Both the position numbers and the translations under genes were made by a program. 32,000 nt of DNA from NCBI GenBank assembly GCA_017532825.1, contig JAFXIT010000010.1:21916-53915 (forward strand), given 5' to 3'. This stretch comes from Clostridia bacterium. Lineage in GTDB: Bacteria > Bacillota > Clostridia > Oscillospirales > QAMX01. A model generated the notes under the pieces. It did not search any database. It had not been told where the DNA came from and saw nothing but the letters and a program-made list of their open reading frames with translations. This document shows positions 1-8,387 of this stretch, in pieces; position 1 is the stretch's first letter; each line of letters opens with the position of its first letter.

Positions 1-1637
1 TACGCCTTGACGACACCATCCTTCAAGACGCCCTCCTTGCATCCTCCAGCGAGCATATGCGGACGATAGTTTCAAGCATACAAAAGGAGCAAAACAGCGT
101 CATACGGGATTCGGGCAACGATATGCTCATAGTACTGGGTCCTGCGGGAAGCGGCAAGACCTCCATCGCACTTCACCGCATCGCCTATCTTCTCTACCGT
201 GAACGGAACAACCTCACAAGCGACAATATCCTCATATTCTCCCCAAACGACGTCTTTTGCGGATATATCTCGCAGGTAATACCCGAGCTCGGCGAGCCGA
301 GCGTCAGTCAGACCACCTTTTCAGACCTCATATCACGCTACTGCTCCGTCCCCGTAGGCGGCATGTTTGAGCAGAGCGAATTTCTCCACGCACCCGACGA
401 CAGGGTGCGCTTTGACGGCATCCGCTTCAAATCCTCGGGTGAATTCGTAGAGCTTGCAAAGGAGTTTATATCGGCATATCTGCCGAAATTTACCGACGTT
501 ATCTTCGGAGATACCACTATCATCAACGCCGCAACCCTGAAAAAGCTCTATACCGACGATCTTTCCCATCTTTCCCTTTCGGGACGTCTTTCGAAGCTTC
601 GTGAGCTGATATTTCATCGCTTCGGTCCTGCCGAGCAGGAATTTCGTCGAGCCTTGAGGGACGAGGTGGCCGCAGAGAGCTTTGACAAGTGGCAGTTCCG
701 CACCGCCTTCAAGCAGAAGTACGACTCAAAAATGTCGGACACCTACGCTCAGATAGCCATATGTACCGAGCTTGACTACGTAGACCTTTACAAGAAATTC
801 CTCTATTTCGCCATCCCGCAATGGTCCGACCCAACCGCCGACAAAACGGCAATGCTCCGCCAGGCAGACAGTCTTGCCGAAAACGGGAGGCTAAACTTTG
901 AGGACGGCGTGGGCGTTTTACTGCTGACCGCCCTTTCGGGCGCAGTGCCGCCTCCAAAGAAGATACGCCACATAGTCCTTGACGAGCTTCAGGACTATAC
1001 CGCCGCCCAGCACGAGATACTCTCGATCCTCTTCAAGGGCTGCAGCTTTACCATGCTCGGAGACCTCTCCCAGCTGATAAATCCCTACGCAGGACTTACC
1101 GATCCCGAGGAGATCCCGCCGATATACTCTTTGTCACGTTTTGCCATCAAAAAGCTGACAAAAAGCTATCGCTCTACCGTTGAAATAACCGATTTTGCAA
1201 AAAAGCTTCTTACCCTGCCCGAACAGACCGAGCAGTTTGAGCGCCACGGAGAGCCGGTAAAGACCCTTCTGTTTTCATCAGACAGAGAGCGCATCTCCCA
1301 TATCGCCGAAGAACTTTCCGCACACACGGGCGGCTCAAGCGTGGTACTGACAAAGACGGTCGCAGAGGCAAGACAGCTTTATCAGATGCTCCACCGCAAA
1401 AATTCCGACCTGCGGCTGCTCGCCTCGGACGACACGGTATACCACACCGGACTTTGGGTCATGCCCGTCGCCCTTGCAAAGGGGCTGGAGTTTGACCGAG
1501 TCATTCTCGCCGACTCATCCTTATACGAAAGCGAGCTTGACAGGGGGCTTCTCTACGTCGCCTGTACCCGTGCCATGCAATCCCTGACGGTGCTTTCCAC
1601 CGGTAACCATTCTCCCCTTTTCGGAGGTATAAAATGA
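1..1637 (+). CDS. helD: HelD-like UvrD/Rep-family (SF1) helicase, N-terminus outside window
   Basis: ORF 57..1637 stays open in the same frame back to base 3 (RLDDTILQDALLASSSEH before the first Met), so the true start is upstream. Motifs seen: Walker A LGPAGSGKTS followed by IALHRIAYLLY, motif II VLDELQDY, KSYRST, LAKGLEFDRVIL and LYVACTRA. Confidence 0.85.
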   Translation, partial: RLDDTILQDALLASSSEHMRTIVSSIQKEQNSVIRDSGNDMLIVLGPAGSGKTSIALHRIAYLLYRERNNLTSDNILIFSPNDVFCGYISQVIPELGEPSVSQTTFSDLISRYCSVPVGGMFEQSEFLHAPDDRVRFDGIRFKSSGEFVELAKEFISAYLPKFTDVIFGDTTIINAATLKKLYTDDLSHLSLSGRLSKLRELIFHRFGPAEQEFRRALRDEVAAESFDKWQFRTAFKQKYDSKMSDTYAQIAICTELDYVDLYKKFLYFAIPQWSDPTADKTAMLRQADSLAENGRLNFEDGVGVLLLTALSGAVPPPKKIRHIVLDELQDYTAAQHEILSILFKGCSFTMLGDLSQLINPYAGLTDPEEIPPIYSLSRFAIKKLTKSYRSTVEITDFAKKLLTLPEQTEQFERHGEPVKTLLFSSDRERISHIAEELSAHTGGSSVVLTKTVAEARQLYQMLHRKNSDLRLLASDDTVYHTGLWVMPVALAKGLEFDRVILADSSLYESELDRGLLYVACTRAMQSLTVLSTGNHSPLFGGIK

Positions 1638-2038
1638 AGCATCTTACGAAATCAGAGCTTGCCATGCGCGGACCGCTTGAGCTTGCCTATATAGGAGACT
1701 GCGTTTACGAGCTCTACTTCCGTGAACGTGAGGTATCTGCTTCCCCTGCAAAGGTAGGCGCACACCACACCGCAGTTGTCGCCTTCGTCAGCGCACCTGC
1801 GCAGGCTTGCGCAGTCGCGGCACTTCTCCCCACCCTTTCGGAGTCCGAAAGAGCCGCCTTCAACCGAGGCCGCAACGTCTCACATAAAAGCATACCGCAC
1901 GGCGCCTCCGACGAGGAGTACCGTGCGGCAACGGGTCTTGAGTGTCTTATCGGCTGGCTGTGGCTGGGCGGAGAGAGGGAACGTGCCTTTGAGCTCTGCA
2001 CCGAGTCCGAAAGGATAATATCGGCTCAAAGCCTGTAA
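1634..2038 (+). CDS. mrnC: Mini-ribonuclease 3 (Mini-III)
   Basis: 134 aa. LELAYIGDCVYELYFRE matches the Mini-III signature (B. subtilis MrnC has LALAYIGDAIFEVYVR). VSAPAQA, FNRGRN and ATGLECLIGWLWL blocks follow in the same order as MrnC. The ATG overlaps the helD stop (ATGA at 1634-1637). Confidence 0.85.
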   Translation: MKHLTKSELAMRGPLELAYIGDCVYELYFREREVSASPAKVGAHHTAVVAFVSAPAQACAVAALLPTLSESERAAFNRGRNVSHKSIPHGASDEEYRAATGLECLIGWLWLGGERERAFELCTESERIISAQSL

Positions 2039-2499
2039 AGTCCTACCCTTACATTATCCTCCGTCAGCTCTACCATAGCGTAGCTCCCGGGCTCTCCCCT
2101 GCCTGCCTTACGTGAGGCCTGCCCGGGGTTTACGAGGTAAATGCCCTCTCTTTGCTCAAAAAAGGGCTTATGGGTATGTCCGAAAAAGACGACGGCTGCA
2201 TCTTTCACCCTTGCAAGGCTCAAGATCCCGCCCTTTCCGAGGATGACCCCACGTGTGTGTCCGTGGAGAAGGAGTATATTTTTCCCTTCAAACTCCACCT
2301 CAAGCTCGTCGGGCATACCCCTGCAAAAGTCGTTGTTGCCCGGCACGTATACCGTAGGTATGCCGCACGCCCCCTCAAGAGCCAGGGCATCCTTTACACA
2401 GTCACCCATATGAAAGACGATGTCGGGATCCTCCTTTTTTGCCATCAGCACAAGAGAATCAACGTCTCCGTGAGAATCCGAAACTGCGAGGATACGCAT
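2026..2499 (-). CDS. YfcE/MJ0936-family metallophosphoesterase (phosphodiesterase)
   Basis: 157 aa. Calcineurin-like motifs appear in canonical order: MRILAVSDSHGD, HMGD, GNND, LLHGH, GHTH. An ACGGAGGA SD lies 5 nt before the ATG. The 3' end overlaps the mrnC 3' end by 13 nt (convergent). Confidence 0.85.
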   Translation of the reverse strand: MRILAVSDSHGDVDSLVLMAKKEDPDIVFHMGDCVKDALALEGACGIPTVYVPGNNDFCRGMPDELEVEFEGKNILLLHGHTRGVILGKGGILSLARVKDAAVVFFGHTHKPFFEQREGIYLVNPGQASRKAGRGEPGSYAMVELTEDNVRVGLYRL

Positions 2500-2523
2500 T
2501 ATATTCCTCCGTTAAATATCCAA

Positions 2524-2550
2524 GACCGCCCCAAATGATTTGGGGCGGTC
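2524..2550 (-). terminator. GC-rich hairpin after the SIS gene (bidirectional-type intrinsic terminator)
   Basis: GACCGCCCCAAAT-G-ATTTGGGGCGGTC is a perfect 13-nt inverted repeat. It is flanked by AACAAAA on one side. The + strand follows with TTTTGTT and the - strand with TTGGATATTT. It lies 5 nt downstream of the SIS gene stop at 2556. The weak U-tract on the - strand suggests partial read-through into the phosphodiesterase gene. Confidence 0.6.
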
Positions 2551-2555
2551 TTTTG

Positions 2556-3590
2556 TTACTTGGTGATGGTGACTTTGGAAAGGCCTCTGGGGCTGTCGGG
2601 GTTGAGACCGCGAAGCAGGGAGAGCTTGCAGGCAAACATCTGCATTGCGGCGGCGGCGGCAAAGGCGCTTTCAAGGAAGTTCTTTCCGGGGATGACGATG
2701 CCGGTATCGGCCTTTGCAAGGATGTCTTCATCAGAGGTAAATACCATGACCTCTGCGCCCTTGGAGCGAAGGGAGTCTATCATCTTTTCGCTGTCAGCCT
2801 TGGTCGTATCCTCAAGGGCAAAGAGAAACACGGGGGTATTGTCGGATATCATGGCGATAGGTCCGTGATAGAAGTCCGAGGTGGCATATCCTCTGCTGCG
2901 GATGTAGCAGGTCTCCTGGGTCTTAAGTGCAAATTCGAGGGCCAGCGGGAATGCAAAGCCTCTGCCGAGCACGAAGCTGTCGTTTATAAAGCGGTAACGC
3001 TTTGCAAGCTCCTCTACCTGACCTTCAAGCTTGTAGGTACGCTCAAGCACCGCAGGAAGGGTCTTAAGGGTATCACGCAGGAAGGCGTTGCCCGAGAGCT
3101 TTGCGGCAAGAGCGGTCATAAGATATATCTGGGAGACAAAGGTCTTGGTGGCGGCAACGCTTACCTCGTTTGTCTGGGAGCAGTCAAGATGGAATGCGCC
3201 GAGCTCTGCAAGGGGCGACGAGGCGTCGTTGGTGACGGTGACGGTCACTGCGCCCTGCTCGTTGGCACGCTTTACGACCTCGCAGACGTCGGCGGCCTTG
3301 CCCGACTGGGAGATACCGATGACCAGGCAGTCCTTGAGGCTCATGTTGCCCTCGTAGAGGGTATATACCGAGCAGGATGCAAGGGCAACGGGAAGTCCGC
3401 AGTAGACCTCAAAGAGGTACTTGCCGAAATATCCGGCGTGGTCGGAGGTGCCTCTGGCGGCAATGACCACAGACTTGGGCTTCTTTTTGCGTATAGCCTT
3501 TACCGCATCGCCCAGCACTGCGGCGTTTGTAAGCTTGGCAGAGCGGATCCCTGCGGCAGATTCTTTGATTTCCGAAAGCATTTTTACCAT
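2556..3590 (-). CDS. SIS-domain sugar-phosphate isomerase/deglycase (GlmS isomerase-half / FrlB / AgaS-like, no glutaminase domain)
   Basis: 344 aa with two SIS-like halves. Motifs: VVIAARGTSDHAG, VIGISQSGKAADV, TNDASSPLA, VAATKTF. The C-terminal LSKVTITK resembles the GlmS C-terminus. An AAGAGG SD precedes the ATG, which lies 15 nt after the ftsK stop. Confidence 0.8.
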   Translation of the reverse strand: MVKMLSEIKESAAGIRSAKLTNAAVLGDAVKAIRKKKPKSVVIAARGTSDHAGYFGKYLFEVYCGLPVALASCSVYTLYEGNMSLKDCLVIGISQSGKAADVCEVVKRANEQGAVTVTVTNDASSPLAELGAFHLDCSQTNEVSVAATKTFVSQIYLMTALAAKLSGNAFLRDTLKTLPAVLERTYKLEGQVEELAKRYRFINDSFVLGRGFAFPLALEFALKTQETCYIRSRGYATSDFYHGPIAMISDNTPVFLFALEDTTKADSEKMIDSLRSKGAEVMVFTSDEDILAKADTGIVIPGKNFLESAFAAAAAMQMFACKLSLLRGLNPDSPRGLSKVTITK

Positions 3591-3605
3591 TTTAGTTTAC
3601 CTCTT

Positions 3606-6176
3606 TTATTCCTGATTTTCTCTGCGGAATTTCATTTCCTTCCAGTCTTCCTTGCTAAGCAGCAGTGCACGGGGCTTTGAGCCCTCAAAGGGACCCACTA
3701 TCCCCCGCTCCTCCATCTGGTCTACCAGACGGCCTGCACGGTTGTAGCCGAGCTTGAGACGGCGCTGAAGCATCGAGACCGATACCTGGCCCGCCTCAAA
3801 GACGATGTCCACGGCGTCGTAGAACAGCTCGTCAAGCTCATCGTCCTCACCGCCGTCCGAATCGGATACGGCGGACTTAGCGCCCTTTGAGCCCTTCTTG
3901 TCGACGTTCTCGGCGTTTTTGTTTATCTGCTCGATGACGTCATCGGAGTAGGACGGTGTGGAATTGTTCTTTATAAAGTTGACCACACCCTCTATCTCAT
4001 CGTCCGAGATAAAGCAGCCCTGTATTCTTATGGGCTTGTTCGCTCCGAGCGGATTAAAGAGCATATCGCCCTTACCGAGAAGCTTTTCGGCACCCATCTG
4101 GTCGAGGATTATCCTCGATTCAAGCTGGGATGCGACCGCAAAGGCTATACGGGAGGGAATATTTGCCTTCATAAGACCGGTTATGACGTCTGCCGAGGGA
4201 CGCTGGGTGGCGATTATAAGGTGCATACCTGCGGCACGTGCCATCTGTGCGATGCGGCAGATAGCGTCCTCGACCTCGCCAGGGGAGGTCAGCATGAGGT
4301 CGGCCAGCTCGTCTACGACTATGACTATGCGGGGAAGCTTCTCAAGACGGGGCGGTCTGTCCGCCTCTGCCTCTTCAAAGGGGATCGAATAGTCGTAGGT
4401 CTTTTCCCTGCGCTCGGCCTCGGCGTTGTAGTCGATAAAGTTACGCACTCCGCTTTCGTTGAAGCGCTTGTAGCGGGACATCATCTCCATTACCGCCCAC
4501 TGAAGTGCGCCTGCGGCCTTTTTGGGGTCGGTAACGACGGGTATCATAAGGTGGGGAATGCCGTTGTAGGAGTTGAGCTCGACCATCTTGGGGTCGACCA
4601 TTATAAGCTTGAGCTCGTCGGGACGGGCCTTATAGAGCATACTGATAAGGAGGGTGTTTATACAGACCGACTTACCCGAGCCGGTAGTACCTGCAACGAG
4701 CATATGGGGCAGTCTTGCGATGTCTCCGACGACCGGACGGCCCGCAATGTCCTTACCCAGTGCAAAGGTGACCTTCGACTTGGAGTCGGCAAACTCCTTG
4801 GAGGCAATGACCTCACGGATGCGGACGGTGGATACCGCACGGTTAGGCACCTCGATGCCGACGGCGGATTCGTCGGGTATACGGGCGATACGCACCGACT
4901 GTGCGGCAAGGGCGATGGCAAGGTCATCCGAAAGTGCGGCAAGCTTTGAAAACTTTATACCGCTGTTCATCTGGACCTCGTATCTGGTAACGGTCGGACC
5001 GTGGGTGACGTTTACTATCTTCGCCTCTACTCCGAAGCTTGAGAGGGTGGATATGAGCTTTTCGGCATTGGCGTGTATCTCGGCCTCTATGTCGCCCGAG
5101 CCGCCATCGCCTATCGGCGAGAGAAGCTCCATGGGCGGGAATATGTAGTCGGGCGGTACGGGATTTGCCGCAGTAAGCTGGGCTATCTCCTGCTCTATAT
5201 CGTCTGCAGACATACCCTCGGGCTCTTTTTCGTCCTTTCGGGGCTCAGGCGGCAGAACCTCTGTAAATACGTCATCTTCCTCTGCGGGAGTATAAGCATC
5301 TTCCTGCAGATACTCCTCAGGCTCGGGGCTTGCAGGTATCTCAACGGCTATCGGCTTTACAAAGCTGCTTCCGAAGGTCCCCTGCGGAGCGGGGCGGACA
5401 TCATCCAGCGGAATATCCATATTATCCTTATTTATGGGCTGGGTAGAACGCTTGGGGTCGTTAAGGCGTGCCTCTCTGCGCTCCTGCTCCTCCCTGCGGC
5501 GTTGCTCGGCCTCGGCTCGTCTCTGCTCGGCAAGCTCACGCTCTCTTGCTCTGGCGCTTCTGCGGTCGGCGGCCTTTTCTCTTACCTTTACGGAACGCTT
5601 TTCAAGGCGTTCGCCCGCCTTCTCGCATATCTTCGATATCGTTATGCCAAAGAGCCATGCGACGGTAAGCACCGAGACAAGGCAGATGACTATGGCGCTT
5701 CCGACCCTGGATATGCCCCGCATCATAAGCTCGGTAAGACCGCCGGAGATTATTCCGCCGCTTCCGTAGTCAAGCGCATCGGCGCAGAGAGCCGAAAAGC
5801 TCGAATACCTCGGGGCGGTAAAGACGTGGGCCACCATGCCGAAAAGGGGCGGCAGGACGCTCAAGGCGACGATCTTTCCTACCCTCTTTTTCTTCTTGAG
5901 AAGTACCAGCAGATACATCGAGATGGCAACAAGCACAAAGGGCAGGGCCAGCATACCGCCGCCAAAGAGGTATTTGAATCCGTCAGATACCCACTTTATC
6001 ACAACGGCGTCGGGTGCAAACCATCCGATTATCAGCAAAACGGCGGCAAGAAGCATCCCCAGCACCGCAACCTCGGTGTGGAGTATCTTCTTTTCGGCAA
6101 GCTGATTGGGAGAAAGCGTAGCTTCCTTCTTTTTTGTCTTATTTGATTTAGACTTATTCTTCTTGTCGTTAGCCAA
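3606..6176 (-). CDS. ftsK: DNA translocase FtsK/SpoIIIE
   Basis: 856 aa. N-terminal TM segments are followed by an Arg/Glu-rich linker. Walker A VAGTTGSGKSVCIN, Walker B IVIVVDELADLM, and a C-terminal gamma winged-helix SVSMLQRRLKLGYNRAGRLVDQME. TTG start preceded by AAGAGGGG. Confidence 0.95.
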   Translation of the reverse strand: MANDKKNKSKSNKTKKKEATLSPNQLAEKKILHTEVAVLGMLLAAVLLIIGWFAPDAVVIKWVSDGFKYLFGGGMLALPFVLVAISMYLLVLLKKKKRVGKIVALSVLPPLFGMVAHVFTAPRYSSFSALCADALDYGSGGIISGGLTELMMRGISRVGSAIVICLVSVLTVAWLFGITISKICEKAGERLEKRSVKVREKAADRRSARARERELAEQRRAEAEQRRREEQERREARLNDPKRSTQPINKDNMDIPLDDVRPAPQGTFGSSFVKPIAVEIPASPEPEEYLQEDAYTPAEEDDVFTEVLPPEPRKDEKEPEGMSADDIEQEIAQLTAANPVPPDYIFPPMELLSPIGDGGSGDIEAEIHANAEKLISTLSSFGVEAKIVNVTHGPTVTRYEVQMNSGIKFSKLAALSDDLAIALAAQSVRIARIPDESAVGIEVPNRAVSTVRIREVIASKEFADSKSKVTFALGKDIAGRPVVGDIARLPHMLVAGTTGSGKSVCINTLLISMLYKARPDELKLIMVDPKMVELNSYNGIPHLMIPVVTDPKKAAGALQWAVMEMMSRYKRFNESGVRNFIDYNAEAERREKTYDYSIPFEEAEADRPPRLEKLPRIVIVVDELADLMLTSPGEVEDAICRIAQMARAAGMHLIIATQRPSADVITGLMKANIPSRIAFAVASQLESRIILDQMGAEKLLGKGDMLFNPLGANKPIRIQGCFISDDEIEGVVNFIKNNSTPSYSDDVIEQINKNAENVDKKGSKGAKSAVSDSDGGEDDELDELFYDAVDIVFEAGQVSVSMLQRRLKLGYNRAGRLVDQMEERGIVGPFEGSKPRALLLSKEDWKEMKFRRENQE

Positions 6177-6200
6177 GTGTTATCCCCTCTTTTGTATTGA

Positions 6201-7016
6201 TCACGCAACAATCTGCGAAATGATAAGTCCTGCGGAGAGTGCAGCGGTATATACCGAGAATATCCAGAATTTACGTTTTCCCGAAATGAGCTTGACAAGG
6301 CCTATGGCGAAATATCCCGATACGGCCGCAACCGCAAAGCCCAAAAGCATCGGAAGCAGAGCCTCGCCCGACACAGTCGAAATAATGTCCGGCAGATCCA
6401 GCAGGACTGCGGCAAGAATAGTCGGCAGACTGATTATAAAGGAGTACTTTACCGCCGTATCCCTTGAAAGTCCGCAAAGCAGAGCCGCAGTTATGGTAGC
6501 ACCCGAGCGGGAAAGGCCGGGCAACACCGCAAAGAGCTGGAAGATTCCTATCACGAGCGCATCCCTTACGGTTATACCCCCTGCGGTCTTGTCTCCGTTT
6601 CCAAACCTATCGGCCAAGATCAGCAGTACAGACGTCACCGCAAGTGCAACACCGATGGCAATGGGGCTTGAAAACGCCGCTTCGACCGTATCCTTGATAG
6701 GAAGCACTATGATAAGCGGCAGCAGGGAGATGACCGCCATTTCAAGCATACGCCTTGTGTCGGGGTTGGGCGACTCACGGTGGCGGATCCTGTCGGGTAT
6801 ATAGCAAAAGAGCTCTCTGATAAGCTTGAAAATATCATCTTTGAATGCAACGCAGACCGCCGCAAAGGTCGCAAGATGCAAAAGCAGGGTAAATACCGCG
6901 CCGTCGGCAGAGAGCGAAAGCATTGAAAGTATCGCAAGGTGTCCCGAGCTTGACACCGGTAAAAACTCCGTCAGTCCCTGAACAAGTCCAAACAGGGCGG
7001 CAAGTGAGTAGCTCAT
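6201..7016 (-). CDS. uppP: Undecaprenyl-diphosphate phosphatase
   Basis: Polytopic membrane protein with the BacA/UppP signature LTEFLPVSSSGHL, plus PGLSRSGATI. I place the start at ATG 7016 (MSYSLAAL...) because a GGGAGG SD lies 11 nt upstream. The ORF-track start at 7043 has no SD. Confidence 0.9.
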   Translation of the reverse strand: MSYSLAALFGLVQGLTEFLPVSSSGHLAILSMLSLSADGAVFTLLLHLATFAAVCVAFKDDIFKLIRELFCYIPDRIRHRESPNPDTRRMLEMAVISLLPLIIVLPIKDTVEAAFSSPIAIGVALAVTSVLLILADRFGNGDKTAGGITVRDALVIGIFQLFAVLPGLSRSGATITAALLCGLSRDTAVKYSFIISLPTILAAVLLDLPDIISTVSGEALLPMLLGFAVAAVSGYFAIGLVKLISGKRKFWIFSVYTAALSAGLIISQIVA

Positions 7017-7063
7017 ATGATATAAAACCTCCCAAAAGGGCATTGCATACTGCTTTAGATTAT

Positions 7064-7092
7064 ATTATAGCACATCTGCCAAAAATACGCAA
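7064..7092 (-). promoter_or_regulatory. Sigma-A type promoter for uppP-ftsK-SIS
   Basis: On the minus strand: TTGCGT (7092-7087), 17 nt spacer, TGcTATAAT extended -10 (TATAAT = 7069-7064). It sits about 45 nt upstream of the uppP start. Confidence 0.55.
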
Positions 7093-7293
7093 TAAGCCCT
7101 CCAAAGGGGTCTATTTTAATTTGACGCGTTGGTTTACGCTTTTACAGAAATAAAAACGTTGTCGGCCAACACAAGGAAACGACTCCGTCCTTTGGGGCAG
7201 AGCCGTTATATCAATACGACAAATTGAATTGGTCAATATCTATTCCCATACGGCATTTGTGCTTTTGCTTATCACCTTACAAGTTCAGTTTAT

Positions 7294-8262
7294 TCACTCT
7301 GCCACATCTTTTACTATGCTCTCGATTTTATCAAGCAGTTCTTTTGTTCGTCTGGGTTGTCCATATTCAAGTTTCCACACATAAGCATCAATTAAATAAA
7401 AGAAAATCTTGTATATCTTTTGTTTTTTGCTCCATTCCGGGCTATAGTTGATTTCTCCGTAACCTAATAGAAAATCATCATTGATCATCCACGGACTTGC
7501 AAATTCCATCTCTATATCCCCATAGATTGCTCTGTCAGGATCAATAATAGCAAGGCATTTTCCACTTTTCACCAGTACATTGCCTTCCCATAAGTCCGTA
7601 TGGATCAAAGATGCACATTTAACCTCGTTCAGGATCACACGATTATCAGTAAAAATCTGCTCTATGCGTTTTTGATACGCTTCATCCCATAATTGAACAG
7701 CTATGCCTTTACTAAGAATGGATCTTACTTCAAACAAAAGATAATCTGTCCACGAATCAAACTTTACCCCTTGAAGGATTTCCGAAACTCTTCCAAAGCA
7801 ATTGTACTTGATCGAGTGAAGTGTTTTCGTATGCCTTCCGACTTCTCGGTATATTTCACGTTTCTCTTCCTCTGTAATTTTCGATTCACAAAGAGAGTCA
7901 CTGTTGATATATTTTACAATCATAAAATCTCGATCTATGACCTTTTTAGAAGTGTCACAACACACAACCTCTGAGCACGGAATACCATTTTCTCTGCACA
8001 GGTTATAAACGTAGCATTCTGCATTCATCAGATTATGCTCAAAATCAAGAATCAAATGTCTATTGACAGGGCCCAACCGCAGGACATATTTTGCGGCATC
8101 TTCACACTCCACTAAATATGTCGTATTAAACAAACCTCCATTCAATAGGCCGTACTCAAATGTACCGGCATATCCCAATGAGCTCGTCATAATTTTGCGG
8201 ATATCTTCACGAGCCACTTCTTTAAACAAAAACGAGTCTTTGTTCATACCAGTCTCAATCAA
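7294..8262 (-). CDS. Aminoglycoside-phosphotransferase/choline-kinase family small-molecule kinase, substrate unknown
   Basis: 322 aa. Catalytic loop HTDLWEGNVL (HxDxxxxN) and metal-binding IIDPDRAIYGD, as in the APH/ChoK fold. The start is uncertain. TTG at 8262 is only 2 nt from the AAGGAG SD. The in-frame ATG at 8247 is 17 nt from it. The gene is much more AT-rich than its neighbours. Confidence 0.75.
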   Translation of the reverse strand: MIETGMNKDSFLFKEVAREDIRKIMTSSLGYAGTFEYGLLNGGLFNTTYLVECEDAAKYVLRLGPVNRHLILDFEHNLMNAECYVYNLCRENGIPCSEVVCCDTSKKVIDRDFMIVKYINSDSLCESKITEEEKREIYREVGRHTKTLHSIKYNCFGRVSEILQGVKFDSWTDYLLFEVRSILSKGIAVQLWDEAYQKRIEQIFTDNRVILNEVKCASLIHTDLWEGNVLVKSGKCLAIIDPDRAIYGDIEMEFASPWMINDDFLLGYGEINYSPEWSKKQKIYKIFFYLIDAYVWKLEYGQPRRTKELLDKIESIVKDVAE

Positions 8263-8321
8263 TTCTCCTTGTATTTGTGAGTTTGCTCCATGATCTGCTT
8301 ATTTAAGTGAGCTAATCGGAT

Positions 8322-8350
8322 CTCCGCAGAGTATAATTCGCTCTGCGGAG
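8322..8350. repeat. Perfect 10-bp inverted repeat enclosing a TATAAT hexamer (candidate operator)
   Basis: CTCCGCAGAG (8322-8331), loop TATAATTCG, CTCTGCGGAG (8341-8350). No U-tract follows on either strand, so it is not a typical terminator. It sits between the divergent APH-like and thioredoxin-like genes. Confidence 0.5.
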
Positions 8351-8387
8351 GACAAAATCTCTTTGAAAGACATTTGGAGGTGGCTTT

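Noticed and set aside
2439-3680. Long antisense ORFs opposite real genes. Examples: 2439..3680 (413 aa) opposite the SIS gene, 5073..6146 opposite ftsK, 10124..10849 opposite metG, 21399..23279 (626 aa) opposite carB, and 30624..31613 opposite the ABC gene.
   Set aside because: Their translations are low-complexity (Gly/Arg/Val/Leu-rich) with no recognisable motifs or SD sites. They lie exactly antisense to genes with unmistakable family signatures. Stop-free shadow frames are expected opposite G+C-rich, codon-biased genes.
5441-5576. Arg/Glu-rich low-complexity stretch in ftsK (RRSARARERELAEQRRAEAEQRRREEQERREAR), and the poly-Pro run in metG near 11196-11220, considered as possible repeat elements.
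   Set aside because: Both are typical interdomain linkers: the FtsK linker between the membrane and motor domains, and the MetRS linker before the Trbp111 domain. Neither is a DNA-level repeat or mobile sequence.
7044-7293. Small ORFs (6923..7153, 7224..7451) and a possible small RNA unit (weak TTGACC...TGATAT promoter, hairpin at 7178-7207, GTTGGCCGACAAC + T-run near 7150-7175 on the minus strand) in the 250-bp spacer.
   Set aside because: The small ORFs have no SD and overlap real genes or promoters. The -10 candidate matches only 3/6, and the hairpins need wobble pairs. These structures are more simply the weak terminator region of the APH-like gene. Not supportable without transcript data.
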